DNA of 64,000 nucleotides from Nitrospirota bacterium. Its GTDB lineage: Bacteria; Nitrospirota; UBA9217. Within the stretch, counting starts at the first letter, position 1; each line of letters opens with the position of its first letter. The notes under the pieces were generated by a model, which saw nothing but the letters and a program-made list of their open reading frames with translations, ran no database searches and was not told the DNA's origin. The position numbers and the translations under genes were made by a program. Shown piece after piece: positions 19,926-32,900 of the stretch. The DNA lies in NCBI GenBank assembly GCA_963741205.1, contig CAVUHW010000013.1, positions 1 through 64,000 of the forward strand, read 5' to 3'.

Positions 19926-20107
19926 GTCATTCCGGCATGATTCCAGCCGGAATCCAGTGTATTTGCAGTTCATTTTATATTGAAAAACCTGGATTCCCGA
20001 CTGAAGCATTCACCCTGCACTCGCGCTGTCGCATGGCCTGTATTCGCGCAGCGCACTCATAGACAATGGCCACAGGCTCGTAGGCGCTGGGCGCAGGCGG
20101 GAATGAC
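19926..20107. repeat. CGTC-type REP doublet carrying a doubly nested ~43-bp element
   Basis: REP arms interrupted at 20011-20097; that insert is itself interrupted at 20034-20076. Confidence 0.85.
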
Positions 20108-20138
20108 GAAAAGTTTTGCTGTACCGTTGGACATTGCC

Positions 20139-21446
20139 CTATTGTCCATACATGCCCACGAGGTCCTTGCCCGCTGCATTGAGGAGGGCCGCTTCCGCCC
20201 GCTTCATCCCGTAAAGCGCCTTCCATGAATTCGATTCAGCGGTGGTCAGGAGCGTTACCGCATCGAGTACGTCCGTAGCGGTACCGACGCCTTCCCGGTA
20301 TCGAAGCCTCTGGAGCCTCAGATTCTCTTCTGCTTGCGCGACCGCGGTCTTGGTGACCTCCATCTTCTGCGCGGAGCTTTGAAGGTCGAGATACGCCCCT
20401 TTCGCTTCGAGACGGATGCCGTCGAGAAGTTTTTCCCGGGAAAGCCTGAGCGAGCGAAGTTCCGCTCTTGCCATACCGGCCCGTGAATTGCTTGCCCCTC
20501 CGGAGAAAAGGTTGACGTTCACGCCGGCAATGGCGGTCCAATTGTCCTGATGGACCAGGTACTTGTTCTCCGAATATTCATACCCGCCCGATAGATAGAA
20601 CGTCGGCAGATACTCAGCCTGCACAGACCGGATATTTTCCTCTTTGGACGCGATTGCCTGGTCCATTTCCTTGAGCCGGGTACTGGTGGCTTCCGCGCTG
20701 GTCCACGCCTCTTCGAGCGAAAGACCGGCTGCAGGGCTCACCTTGATCTCTTCCGGCTTGACTTGTTCATTGAGGGGCCTCAAAAGAAGGCTGTTGATCT
20801 TCGATTCCCTGAGCGACCGGAGGTTCTCGGCAGTCACGGCGCGCTGCCGCGAGTCTGCAAGCGTCACATCCGCCTGGAGCACCTCGTTCTTCGTGATGAC
20901 ACCGGCAGCGAACCGGGACTCCGTATCCTTCTTATGGGCCTCGTACTGCTGCACTTCCTCCCGAGCAACCTGGAGAAGTTTTTCGGACTCGAGTAAGTCG
21001 AGATAGGCAATGGTGAAGTCCAGGGCGGCCTCGCTCTTTATGTGGTCGGTTTCGATCTCCCGGGACTTTAAACCATGCTGCGCGGCGCTTATCGAGGACG
21101 AGGTCTTTCCGAAATCATAGAGGATCTGGGTCGCTTTTATCCCGTAGGTCAAGAATTGGGTCTGTGAAGTTGGGATTGCGTTAGGTACGCCCGGAGAAAT
21201 GTTTGGAAGTTTGGCCGCGGGCTGGTTCGTGAGCCACGTCTCGCGTCCGTAGAGATCGACAAGCGGGAGCCAGGGGGACCGGGCAAGGGACACCGATGCA
21301 CGGGCCACGTCCTCATCCGACCGGGCAATGGCGACGTCACGTCCGTTCTCCACGACAATCTTCAGGCCCTCTTCAAGGGTCAGGGCATGGCCGACAAGCG
21401 GGACAAAAAGTATTATTACCACGAAGATCATGAACAGGCGCTTCAT
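20139..21446 (-). CDS. TolC family outer membrane efflux protein
   Basis: Signal peptide MKRLFMIF..., QILYDFG, YREGVGTATDVLDA; lies upstream of emrAB. Confidence 0.9.
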   Translation of the reverse strand: MKRLFMIFVVIILFVPLVGHALTLEEGLKIVVENGRDVAIARSDEDVARASVSLARSPWLPLVDLYGRETWLTNQPAAKLPNISPGVPNAIPTSQTQFLTYGIKATQILYDFGKTSSSISAAQHGLKSREIETDHIKSEAALDFTIAYLDLLESEKLLQVAREEVQQYEAHKKDTESRFAAGVITKNEVLQADVTLADSRQRAVTAENLRSLRESKINSLLLRPLNEQVKPEEIKVSPAAGLSLEEAWTSAEATSTRLKEMDQAIASKEENIRSVQAEYLPTFYLSGGYEYSENKYLVHQDNWTAIAGVNVNLFSGGASNSRAGMARAELRSLRLSREKLLDGIRLEAKGAYLDLQSSAQKMEVTKTAVAQAEENLRLQRLRYREGVGTATDVLDAVTLLTTAESNSWKALYGMKRAEAALLNAAGKDLVGMYGQ

Positions 21447-21650
21447 GTTGTACCTCGGTGCCCCAGAAATGTAAGTGGTCACTATACTACACGAAAAAAA
21501 AGAAAAAAGAAAGAACTTCGTCAATGCCTGTCTGAAAACGGGCAGGTTGTGCGGCTGCCTTGTGGATTAACAAAGCTTTAAATTTTTGCAGCCGCAGGCT
21601 TTAGCTAGGGTGAAGAGACATTCCAGCGGCCTTTAGGATGTCTGTTGTAC

Positions 21651-22166
21651 TTATTCAGTTTTACAGGGAGGAATGCGCTTCTGGAGGGTCTTGATCTTAT
21701 CGGGAGTGAGTGCGGTCTTAAGGGTGAAGCTTGGATCGGCGTATTCATCGCTCTTTTTCATCAGCAGCCATTCTTTTCCCGTTCCTTTCGGGAGCCCCCT
21801 CATCCTTGCGATGGCAAAGGCGCCTTTCAGTTTTTTCCCCCTCAAATCGAAACTGAACCTCCCAAGGGCCAAACCCTCTTCGGGATCGGCAGCGTCCAGG
21901 GGGGTGAATTCGCCCGTATCCCAGATCACGACAGGACCGGCGCCGTGTTCCCCCTCGGGGATGATGCCCTCAAAATCGAAATATTCCAGGGCATGGTCGG
22001 GGACCATGACCGCGAGCCGCTTGTCACCGGGGTTCATCGAGGGGCCCTTGGGCACTGCCCAGGACTTGAGTACGCTTCCTACCTCCAACCGGAAATCGTA
22101 ATGAAGCCGGCTCGCCCGGTGTTCATGAACAACGAATCGCAAAGGTTTTTTCGACTTCATGATCAA
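21651..22166 (-). CDS. Standalone LigD 3'-phosphoesterase (LigD_N) domain protein
   Basis: FVVHEHRASRLHYDFRLE, SWAVPKGPS, DHALEYFDFEG and WDTG motifs. Confidence 0.92.
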   Translation of the reverse strand: MIMKSKKPLRFVVHEHRASRLHYDFRLEVGSVLKSWAVPKGPSMNPGDKRLAVMVPDHALEYFDFEGIIPEGEHGAGPVVIWDTGEFTPLDAADPEEGLALGRFSFDLRGKKLKGAFAIARMRGLPKGTGKEWLLMKKSDEYADPSFTLKTALTPDKIKTLQKRIPPCKTE

Positions 22167-22303
22167 TGCTCCCGCTGCATACAGGAACGCGTTCCGCTCT
22201 GTAACTATGATACCAGATGCAACACCGGTTTTTTTGTGGGGATAAAATGTACTTTCACCGACATTCCAGAAAGAACATCATCATGAAATTGGTTCGGATA
22301 ACT

Positions 22304-22371
22304 GTCATTACCGAAAATTTAATCGGGAATCTGCTGTTGAACCATATCCCCGAAAAAGATCTTGGGATGAC
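22304..22371. repeat. CGTC-type REP doublet
   Basis: GTCATTACCGA..TCGGGAATC - spacer - ATCCCCGA..TTGGGATGAC, with outer ATAACT/AGTTAT. Confidence 0.75.
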
Positions 22372-22475
22372 GATTAGTTATAAGATGATTCGATAATGAG
22401 ACCGCCGATATACGATATACAGGACGGAAATGTTGTGGCGGTATGGGAGGTGAAGGGAAGGGATAACAAAAGCAA

Positions 22476-22856
22476 CTATTTTGATTGTCTGCTATATTCG
22501 ACACGCACCTCATAGGCGATACTGGCATGACCATGCCTGAGGTTTTCGTTCTTACCGTGACAGTAGATATTTCCCTTTACGGATTTTTTCCGGTTCTTAA
22601 CGAGCGAGGAGACCACGGGGGCCAGGTCAAAACCGCCATTGGTGCATTCCTCGCGCATGCAATCCATGTGAAAGCAGGCGTAGTCGCTCGGAACGAAGTT
22701 GATCGTGCGCTGCATCAGAACAGGACCAGCTGTCTTATGATAATAGGTCATGCGGAATATGATGCTCGATACTCCCGGCAACCGTTCCGATACCAGACCG
22801 GAGGCGAGCATAGCACTTCTTTTTAATTCCTGCTTCTCCTTGAAATTCTGTTTGAT
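22476..22856 (-). CDS. Hypothetical Cys/His-containing protein; possible ATC start (first ATG at 22811)
   Basis: Frame open to a stop at 22874-22872; GAGGA lies 7 nt before the ATC at 22856; CxxxxC and C..H residues. Confidence 0.65.
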   Translation of the reverse strand: MKQNFKEKQELKRSAMLASGLVSERLPGVSSIIFRMTYYHKTAGPVLMQRTINFVPSDYACFHMDCMREECTNGGFDLAPVVSSLVKNRKKSVKGNIYCHGKNENLRHGHASIAYEVRVEYSRQSK

Positions 22857-23053
22857 GGCCTTGTCCTCTTTTCAGGTGTGACGCGCTTCAATAAAAAAAG
22901 CCACAAAAAACAACGTTTTTGTGGGCTTGTTTCCAATATTAATAACAATGATACAGCTTTTACCATGAAAAGTCAACTTTAAATTTTGGTTGTGTTGTTT
23001 TTTGGTCAAAGCGTAGGGGTTAAAAATGCATAATAAGCAAACTAAACAATGTG

Positions 23054-23906
23054 TTATGAGTCCAATGCCCCACTTTTCCCTGATGTTCCCCTGTTCGTCG
23101 AATCGGGCTGCCAGTACGAAGGCGTCATGATAGAAGGTGAACCACGCGTTCTCGGCCACGGCTGTCTTGATCCACTTTTCCTTCATGGCTATGGAATCCA
23201 TGGGATAGTTATCATAGGCCATGACCCAGAGGGGGTTGAAGTGTGCGTGGGTCGGGAGGATGTCCCCCAGATGGAATGCACGCTCGCCTCTCGATTCCAT
23301 CTTTACGATCTGGTGTCCTTCGTTGTGCCCGCCGGTGCGGCTGACCCTGATGCCGGCAACGATCCCGACCTCTCCATCTACGAGTTCCAGGTTTTTACTT
23401 CCCCGGAGGAGCTCATTGTTCACCGGCCAGTAGGTATTAATGGACCGGATATTGGGGTTCAGCACATCCTCCCATTCCTTCTTCTGCACGATATGTTTCG
23501 CCTTCGGAAAGGAGAGAGAAAGCCTTCCGTCCCGATCCTGCATGACCACGCCTCCGGCGTGGTCGAAATCGTAGTGGGTCAGGATCACGTAATCGATGTC
23601 CTCGCGGCTGAGGCCGAGCTGTTTCAGCTCCGATTCGAGAGACCATTCCTCCTGCACCCGGTAGATCTTCTTCTGTTTGTCCGTAAGCTTGTTGCCCAGG
23701 CCGGATTCGATCAGGAGAAGCGCATGCGGCGTTTTTATTAGGATGGGCCAGGCATGGAGAGGGATGCAGTTGTCCGCATTCGCAGGATATTTCTTCTGCC
23801 ACAGTACCTTGGGTACGACGCCGAACATGGCGCCGCCGTCAAGTTCGAACCTGCCGCCGTTCAGCCAGGTCAGTTCGAAGTCGCCGAACCGGAATCCTGT
23901 TTTCAT
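23054..23906 (-). CDS. MBL-fold metallo-hydrolase (YtnP-like); true stop probably near 23054
   Basis: LDGGAMFGVVPK, THxDFDH, GHNEGH and AYDNYP motifs; the ORF runs on into AT-rich DNA unless one base of the C4 run near 23070 is removed. Confidence 0.88.
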
Positions 23907-23925
23907 GTCACCCCCTGCAATTTTT

Positions 23926-24039
23926 GTCTTCCCCGAATGATCTTATCCGGGATGGGCTTTCCTTATACCATCACGTCATTACCCTATGCCCGATTACACC
24001 CGCGGCTTAATTCTTACCGGGGCAGGCTTCGGGAATGAC
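23926..24039. repeat. Degenerate CGTC-type REP doublet with a 30-bp CACCC...GCAGG insert
   Basis: GTCTTCCCCGAATG..ATCCGGGAT ... CCCGA[23997-24026]CTTCGGGAATGAC. Confidence 0.6.
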
Positions 24040-24047
24040 AGCCGGCT

Positions 24048-25943
24048 TTATTTATGCGCGTATCCTGCCTTCTTCAGCGCGTCCTCGATCTCGCTCAGGG
24101 TCGAGGGATCGTCGATCGTGGACGGCACGGTGTACGGCTCTCCGTCGGCGATCTTTCGCATGGTGCCGCGCAGGATCTTCCCCGAACGGGTCTTCGGCAG
24201 CCGCTTTACCACGCAGGTCTCCTTGTACGAGGCGATGGGGCCGATGTTTTCGCGGATCATCTGCGAGAGGTCCTTCCTGATATCCTGCTCGGTCGCGGTC
24301 GAGCCGGCCTTCAGCACGCACAGGCCGAGCGGGACCTGTCCCTTGAGCTCGTCATGCACGCCGATGACCGCGCATTCGGCGATGTCCTTGTGCGTGGACA
24401 CCACCTCTTCCATCTCGCCGGTGGAGAGACGGTGGCCGGCAACGTTGATCACGTCGTCCACGCGGCCCATGATAAAGACGTAGCCGTCCTCGTCGATGTA
24501 GCCCCCGTCGCTCGTGAAATAGTAGCCGGGATATACCTTGAGGTAGGACTCCAGGAAACGGGCATCCGCCTGCCACAGCGTGGGAAGCGTTCCCGGGGGA
24601 AGGGGAAGCTTTATCGTAACCAGGCCGGTGACTTTCGGTCCGACCGGTTTTCCATTGGGGTCCAGGATCGTGACGTTGAACCCCGGAACGGGTTTGGTTG
24701 AAGAGCCCGGCTTGATCGGAAATTCCTCTATGCCCATGCAGTTCGCCGTGATGGGCCAGCCCGTCTCGGTCTGCCACCAGTGGTCGATGACCGGTTTCTT
24801 CAAGAGGTCATGAGCCCAGTGGTAGGTATCGGGATCGAGGCGCTCGCCGGCAAGAAAAAGGGCTTTGAATCCCGACAGGTCGTACTTCTTGATGAATTCG
24901 CCTTTCGGGTCTTCCTTCTTGATGGCGCGGAAGGCAGTCGGCGCGGTGAAGAGCACCTTGACCCCGTGCTGGGATATCACCCTCCAGAACGCGCCGGCAT
25001 CGGGAGTGCCGACCGGCTTTCCCTCGTAGAGGACCGTGGTGCAGCCGTGGAGGAGAGGTCCGTAGACGATGTAGGAGTGGCCCACGACCCATCCCACGTC
25101 CGAGGCGGCCCAGTACACGTCTCCCGGCTGTACGCCGTAGATATGCCTCATGCTCCAGCGCAGCGCCACGGCATGGCCGCCGTTATCGCGGACAACGCCC
25201 TTCGGCTTCCCCGTGGTGCCCGAGGTGTACAGGATGTAGAGCGGGTCGGTGGCCTTGACGGGAGTGCATTCGACGGGCTCGGCCTTTGCCATGAGCTCAT
25301 CCCAGTCCAGGTCCCGTCCGGCGATGAGAGAGGCCTTCACGAATGGTCGCTGGAAAATAATGCACTTTTCAGGCTTGTGCGAAGCCGCCTCGATCGCCTT
25401 GTCCAGCATGGGCTTGTATTCGAGCGTTTTTTTCCCTTCAATGGCGCCCGATGCGGTGATGATGACCTTCGGTTTTGCGTCGTCGATCCTGATCGCGAGC
25501 TCATGGGGCGCGAACCCGCCGAACACGACGGAATGAACGGCCCCCAGGCGCGCGCAGGCGAGCATGGCGATGGCCGCCTGCGGGATCATCGGCATGTAGA
25601 TGATGACCGTGTCGCCCTTCCGGACGCCCAGATTCGCCAATGCACCCGCAAAGCGGGAGACCTGGTCGAGGAGTTCCCGATAGGTGATCTTCTGGATCGT
25701 GTTCGTCACGGGGCTGTCGTAGATGATCGCGACCTGGTCAGCCCTGCCGAACATCGCATGCCGGTCGACGGCATTGAAGCAGGTGTTCAGCTCGGCGCCG
25801 GGAAACCAGCGATAGAACGGCTTGCTCGCGTCATCGAGGACCTTGTGCCAGGACCTGATCCAGGTTATGGCTTCCGCCGCCTCCGCCCAGAATCCTTCGG
25901 GGTCTTCGATGCTTTTCTGAAAGAGCTCCTCATACCTTCCCAT
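24048..25943 (-). CDS. prpE: Propionyl-CoA synthetase
   Basis: YTSGTTGKPKG, DHWWQTETG and LPKTRSGK motifs; downstream of the prp cluster. Confidence 0.88.
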   Translation of the reverse strand: MGRYEELFQKSIEDPEGFWAEAAEAITWIRSWHKVLDDASKPFYRWFPGAELNTCFNAVDRHAMFGRADQVAIIYDSPVTNTIQKITYRELLDQVSRFAGALANLGVRKGDTVIIYMPMIPQAAIAMLACARLGAVHSVVFGGFAPHELAIRIDDAKPKVIITASGAIEGKKTLEYKPMLDKAIEAASHKPEKCIIFQRPFVKASLIAGRDLDWDELMAKAEPVECTPVKATDPLYILYTSGTTGKPKGVVRDNGGHAVALRWSMRHIYGVQPGDVYWAASDVGWVVGHSYIVYGPLLHGCTTVLYEGKPVGTPDAGAFWRVISQHGVKVLFTAPTAFRAIKKEDPKGEFIKKYDLSGFKALFLAGERLDPDTYHWAHDLLKKPVIDHWWQTETGWPITANCMGIEEFPIKPGSSTKPVPGFNVTILDPNGKPVGPKVTGLVTIKLPLPPGTLPTLWQADARFLESYLKVYPGYYFTSDGGYIDEDGYVFIMGRVDDVINVAGHRLSTGEMEEVVSTHKDIAECAVIGVHDELKGQVPLGLCVLKAGSTATEQDIRKDLSQMIRENIGPIASYKETCVVKRLPKTRSGKILRGTMRKIADGEPYTVPSTIDDPSTLSEIEDALKKAGYAHK

Positions 25944-25978
25944 CGATAAACCTCCTCACCTCGTCGTCTACTCAGGCC

Positions 25979-26107
25979 GTCATTCCCGCGAAAGCGGGAA
26001 TCCATTGGCTTTTCGACAGGTTAAATTCAAAATGGATTCCCGATAGAATCATTCACCCTGTACTCGCGCTATCGCACTCGTAAACACTGGGCGCAGGCGG
26101 GAATGAC
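25979..26107. repeat. CGTC-type REP doublet with a 44-bp insert at 26054-26097
   Basis: GTCATTCCCGCGAAAGCGGGAATCCA...TGGATTCCCGATAGAATCATT[insert]CGGGAATGAC. Confidence 0.9.
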
Positions 26108-26221
26108 AGTTTGGTTTTATATCCGCTTGTACTGGTGGCGATGGACCTGAGCAGTTGCCTCACCCTCGTTCTAAAGTGCACGTTTCTGCGACCCGAATGC
26201 CAAAAAAATTTGCTGATTATT

Positions 26222-28927
<2,706 letters not shown>

Positions 28928-29035
28928 TTCTTTCTGAATGATACATAGTCCAGACTACCACTTACAAAAGAAACGTCAGGTCGCGGATGAGTCTATCGAA
29001 GCGCAGAGTCTTCGTCTTTCATACCAATCGTCACC

Positions 29036-29062
29036 TCGATTCCTCGCCTTCGCGGGAATGAC
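29036..29062. repeat. Half copy of the CGTC-type REP
   Basis: GATTCCTCGCCTTCGCGGGAATGAC. Confidence 0.6.
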
Positions 29063-29079
29063 GACTTGAGTATTATATC

Positions 29080-30534
29080 TTATATCACATACAGATCGAC
29101 ATACTCATTGACCGGCATCGCTTCCAGTTTCTGCCGGTCAAGGCTGACATCGAGGATCGCCTTCTGCTGTTTTGCCGGGAAGCGGCGGGCGAGGTTGGTC
29201 TTGAACTTTTCGACCAGGAAGGGCATTCCTTCCTTGCGGCGGCGGCGGTGGCCGATGGGATATTCCACGAGCACTTCCGGCAGCACGGTCCCGTCGGAGA
29301 GTTCCACGGTCAGGCCGTTGGCGATCGAACGCTTTTCCGGATCATGGTAGTCTTTCGTGAACTGAGGGTCTTCGACGCACTGGATCTTATCGCGAAGGGC
29401 GTCGATCCGCGGGTCGGCGGCCACGTTGTCCTCGTAGTCCGCGGCCGTGAGCCTGCCGAAGATGAGCGGCACGGCGACCATGTACTGGATGCAGTGGTCG
29501 CGGTCCGCGGGATTGTTCAAGGGCCCCTTCTTGTCGATGATGCGGATCGCGGCCTCGTGGGTGCGGATCGTGATCTTTTTGATGTCCTCGGCGGTCCTGC
29601 CCATGTCCTTGAGCTTTTCATGCAGGGTCATGGCGCATTCCACCGCGGTCTGGGAATGGAACTCCGCGGGGAAGGAGATCTTGAAGAGCACGTGCTCCAT
29701 CACGTAAGAGCCGTAGGGCCGCTGGAATCTGAATTCCTTCCCCTTGAACAGGACGTCGTAGAAGCCCCAGCCCTTTGCCGTGAGCACGCCCGGGATGCCC
29801 ATCTCCCCCTTGAGGGAGAACAGCGCGAGCCGCACGGCCCGTGCTCGTTGCGTCGCCCGCGGCCCAGGACTTGCGCGAGCCCGTGTTCGGCGCGTGGCGG
29901 TAGGTGCGGAGCGACTGGCCGTCCACGAAGGCCTGGGACACGGCATTGATGATCTCTTCCTTCGTCCCGCCATGAGCCATGCGCAGACCGCGGCGGAGGC
30001 GACCTTGACGAGAACGACATGGTCCAGGCCCACGCGGTTGAACGCGTTCTCGAGCGCCATGCACGCCCTGGATCTCATGGGCCTTGATCATGGCCTCGAG
30101 CACGGTCTCTCATCACAAGCGGCTTTTTCCCGTTTGCGACGCGCGTGCGCGAAAGCCAGTCGGCGGTTGCGAGGATGCCCCCGAGGTTGTCCGAGGGATG
30201 GCCCCACTCCGCGGCAAGCCAGGTATCGTTGAAATCGAGCCACCGGACCATGGCGCCGATGTTGAAGGCCGCCTGGACCGGATCGAGCTGGAACTGCGTG
30301 CCCGGGACCTTCGCCCCGTTCGGGACGATGGTGCCCGGGACGACGCGGCCCCAGAAGCTTCGTGCAAGCCGGGTAGCCGAGGGCCTCGATGCCGCAGCCC
30401 AGGGTGTCGATGAGGCAGTACCGCGCCGTCTCGTAGGCTTCATCGGAGCTGATCTTATAATTGACCACGTACTCGGCAATATCGACCAGCACCTTGTCAG
30501 GATCGGGGCGGACGTTCGAAATGGGAGAGCTCAT
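29080..30534 (-). CDS. prpD: 2-methylcitrate dehydratase (frameshifted)
   Basis: [38 protein letters not shown] and [13 protein letters not shown] motifs across ORF pieces. Confidence 0.93.
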
Positions 30535-30575
30535 GAGTAAGTTTTTTCCTTTCGAGGGTGGTTACGGCATCTGTC

Positions 30576-30664
30576 GCAGGCGACAAGTAGCAAGTGGCAT
30601 GGAGCAAGGTGGCAAGTAGCAAGTAGCAAGGTTTGGATTTCCTTGCCCCTTGCTCCTTGCCCCT
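30576..30664. repeat. Heptamer-repeat hairpin, (GCAAGTR)n / (CCTTGCY)n
   Basis: ~8 units on the left arm, a T-rich loop, ~3-4 complementary units on the right. Confidence 0.75.
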
Positions 30665-30669
30665 CGGTC

Positions 30670-31847
30670 TTACTTCCTCTCCTTGATCTGCACATACACC
30701 CGGTCATCAGGGCCGGTGTAGTTCGCCGACGGCCGGATGATCTTGTTGTCCATCCTCTGCTCGATGACGTGCGCTCCCCAGCCGGTCGTCCGGGAGATGA
30801 CAAAGATCGGCGTAAACAGGGACGTGGGAACTCCCAGCATGTGGTAGGTCACGGCGGAATACCAGTCGAGGTTCGAGAACATGTTCTTCTCCCGCTTCAT
30901 GACTGCTTCGATCCGGTCGGCGACGTTCCAGAGGTTCATGTTGTCGCCCTCTTCGCAAAGCCCTTTCGCGATCGCCTTGATCGTCTCGTTCCTCGGGTCG
31001 CTTACGGTGTATACCGGGTGGCCGAAGCCGATGATGATCTCCTTGCGGGCAACGCGGGCCATGATGTCCGCCTCGGCCTCCTCCGGCGTGCGGTACCGCC
31101 GCTGGATCTCGTGGGCAGCCTCGTTCGCGCCGCCGTGCTTCGGGCCGCGAAGGGCGCCGATGGCGCCGGTGATCGCCGAATAAGCAATCGGAAAGCGTGC
31201 CCGCGATCACGCGGGCAGTGAAGGTGGAGGCCGTGAACTCGTGTTCCGCGTAAAGGATCAGGGACTGGTCCAGCGCCCGTTCATGGAGCGGGGAAGGCTT
31301 CTTCCCGTGCAGGAGGTGCAGGAAGTGGCCGGCTACAGTTTCGTCGTCCGTTTCCACGTCGATCCTGCGGCCGTTCTGGGTGAAGTGCCACCAGTAGATG
31401 CAGCATGGAGCCGAAAGACGCGATCAGGCGGTCGATGATGTCGCGGGCGCCCTGCACGTTCTGGTCGTCCTTTTCAGGGAGGACCGTGCCGAGATAGGAG
31501 CAGGCAGTGCGCATCACATCCATGGGATGGGTCGCCGCGGGGATCTGCTCCAGGACCGCCTTGACCTGGGCGGGCACGCCGCGCAGCTTTTTCAGCTTCT
31601 TCTTATAGTCCTTTAACTGCGACTCCGTCGGCAGGTCGCCGTGGATGAGGAGATAGGCGACCTCTTCAAAGGTCGATTGTCTGGCCAGCTCGACGATCTC
31701 GTATCCCCGGTAGTGCAGGTCGTTCCCGGTCCGTCCCACGGTGCAGACCGCGGAATTGCCCGCGATCACTCCGGACAGGGCGACCGATTTCTTTACTTTC
31801 GGGGCAGCGGGTTCAGCCGTCAGTGTGGCGCCGGTATTTGAGCTCAT
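30670..31847 (-). CDS. prpC: 2-methylcitrate synthase (frameshifted)
   Basis: [34 protein letters not shown] and RPSANYTGP motifs. Confidence 0.93.
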
Positions 31848-32734
31848 GATTTGTCCTCCTTGGAAAACATCGCATCGAGTTTTTGTTCAAAGGCATGGTA
31901 GCCGAGATAGTCGTAGAGGTCGGCGCGGGTCTGCATCATGTCGACCACGTTCTTCTGCGTTCCCTCTTTCCGGATCGCACCATAGACCGCGAGCGCGGCC
32001 TTGCTCATGGCCCGGAACGCGGAGAGCGGATAGAGGACCAGCGATACGTCCGCGCTTCTCAGCTCTTCCACCGTGAAGAGCGGCGTGGCTCCGAATTCGG
32101 TGATGTTCGCAAGGATGGGCACTTTCACTGCCTGTGCGAACTTCTTGTAGGTGGCAAGATCCGTAACGGCCTCGGGGAAGATCATGTCAGCGCCGGCAGC
32201 GACGCAGGCAACGGCCCGGTCGATCGCGGCCTCGATCCCCTCGACCGCAATGGCGTCGGTCCTGGCCATGATGACGAACTCGGAGTCGGTCCTGGCGTCG
32301 ACCGCGGCCTTGATCCGGTCCACCATCTCTTCTTTGGGAACGATGGCCTTGCCCGGCCGGTGGCCGCAGCGCTTTGCCTGGACCTGGTCCTCGATATGCA
32401 CCGCGGCAGCGCCGAACTTGATCATGGACTTGATCGTGCGCGCGATGTTGAACGCGCTTCCCCAGCCGGTATCGATGTCGACCAGGACGGGTAGGTCGGT
32501 GATGTCGGTGATGCGCCGGACGTCGGTAAGCACGTCGTCCATGGTGCTGATGCCGAGGTCGGGCACCCCAAGCGAACTTGCGGCAACGCCGCCGCCCGAG
32601 ACATAGAGGGCCTTGAAACCCGTCCGCTCCGCCAGCCGCGCGGCATAGGCATTGACCGCGCCCATGACCTGCAGCGGTTTTTCTTCCCTGAGTGCGGCCC
32701 GGAAACGGGCGCCGGCGGAGCTTGCTCTTGTCAT
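31844..32734 (-). CDS. prpB: 2-methylisocitrate lyase
   Basis: [16 protein letters not shown] and LYPLSAFRA motifs. Confidence 0.96.
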   Translation of the reverse strand: MTRASSAGARFRAALREEKPLQVMGAVNAYAARLAERTGFKALYVSGGGVAASSLGVPDLGISTMDDVLTDVRRITDITDLPVLVDIDTGWGSAFNIARTIKSMIKFGAAAVHIEDQVQAKRCGHRPGKAIVPKEEMVDRIKAAVDARTDSEFVIMARTDAIAVEGIEAAIDRAVACVAAGADMIFPEAVTDLATYKKFAQAVKVPILANITEFGATPLFTVEELRSADVSLVLYPLSAFRAMSKAALAVYGAIRKEGTQKNVVDMMQTRADLYDYLGYHAFEQKLDAMFSKEDKS

Positions 32735-32775
32735 TGTGGGTCCTCCTCGGAGACTAGCGCTAGCGACACTTTTCT

Positions 32776-32900
32776 GTCATTCCCGCCCCGACGGAGTCGG
32801 GATAAACTCCAGCGGGCTTGCCGCGATTTCATCGGGGAATCCATTTTGAAGTTTAAATTGAAAAAGCCAGCCAATGGATACCTGCTTTCGCAAGTATGAC
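32776..32900. repeat. CGTC-type REP doublet with two short inserted hairpins in the left arm
   Basis: GTCATTCCCGC[CCCGACGGAGTCGGGATAAACTCC]AGCGGG[CTTGCCGCGATTTCATCGGG]GAATCCA...TGGATACCTGCTTTCGCAAGTATGAC. Confidence 0.75.

Noticed and set aside
22872-23053. Hydrophobic C-terminal extension of the MBL hydrolase
   Set aside because: AT-rich, promoter-like DNA. Removing one base from a C4 run gives a normal stop near 23054.
26152-26166. Second sigma54 promoter for prpE
   Set aside because: GG-N10-GC spacing is present, but the -24 context (GGGTGAG) is poor and it lies too close to the putative enhancer box.
30576-30664. Heptamer tracts or REP doublets read as CRISPR arrays
   Set aside because: No constant 23-47-bp repeat with unique spacers, and no cas genes.
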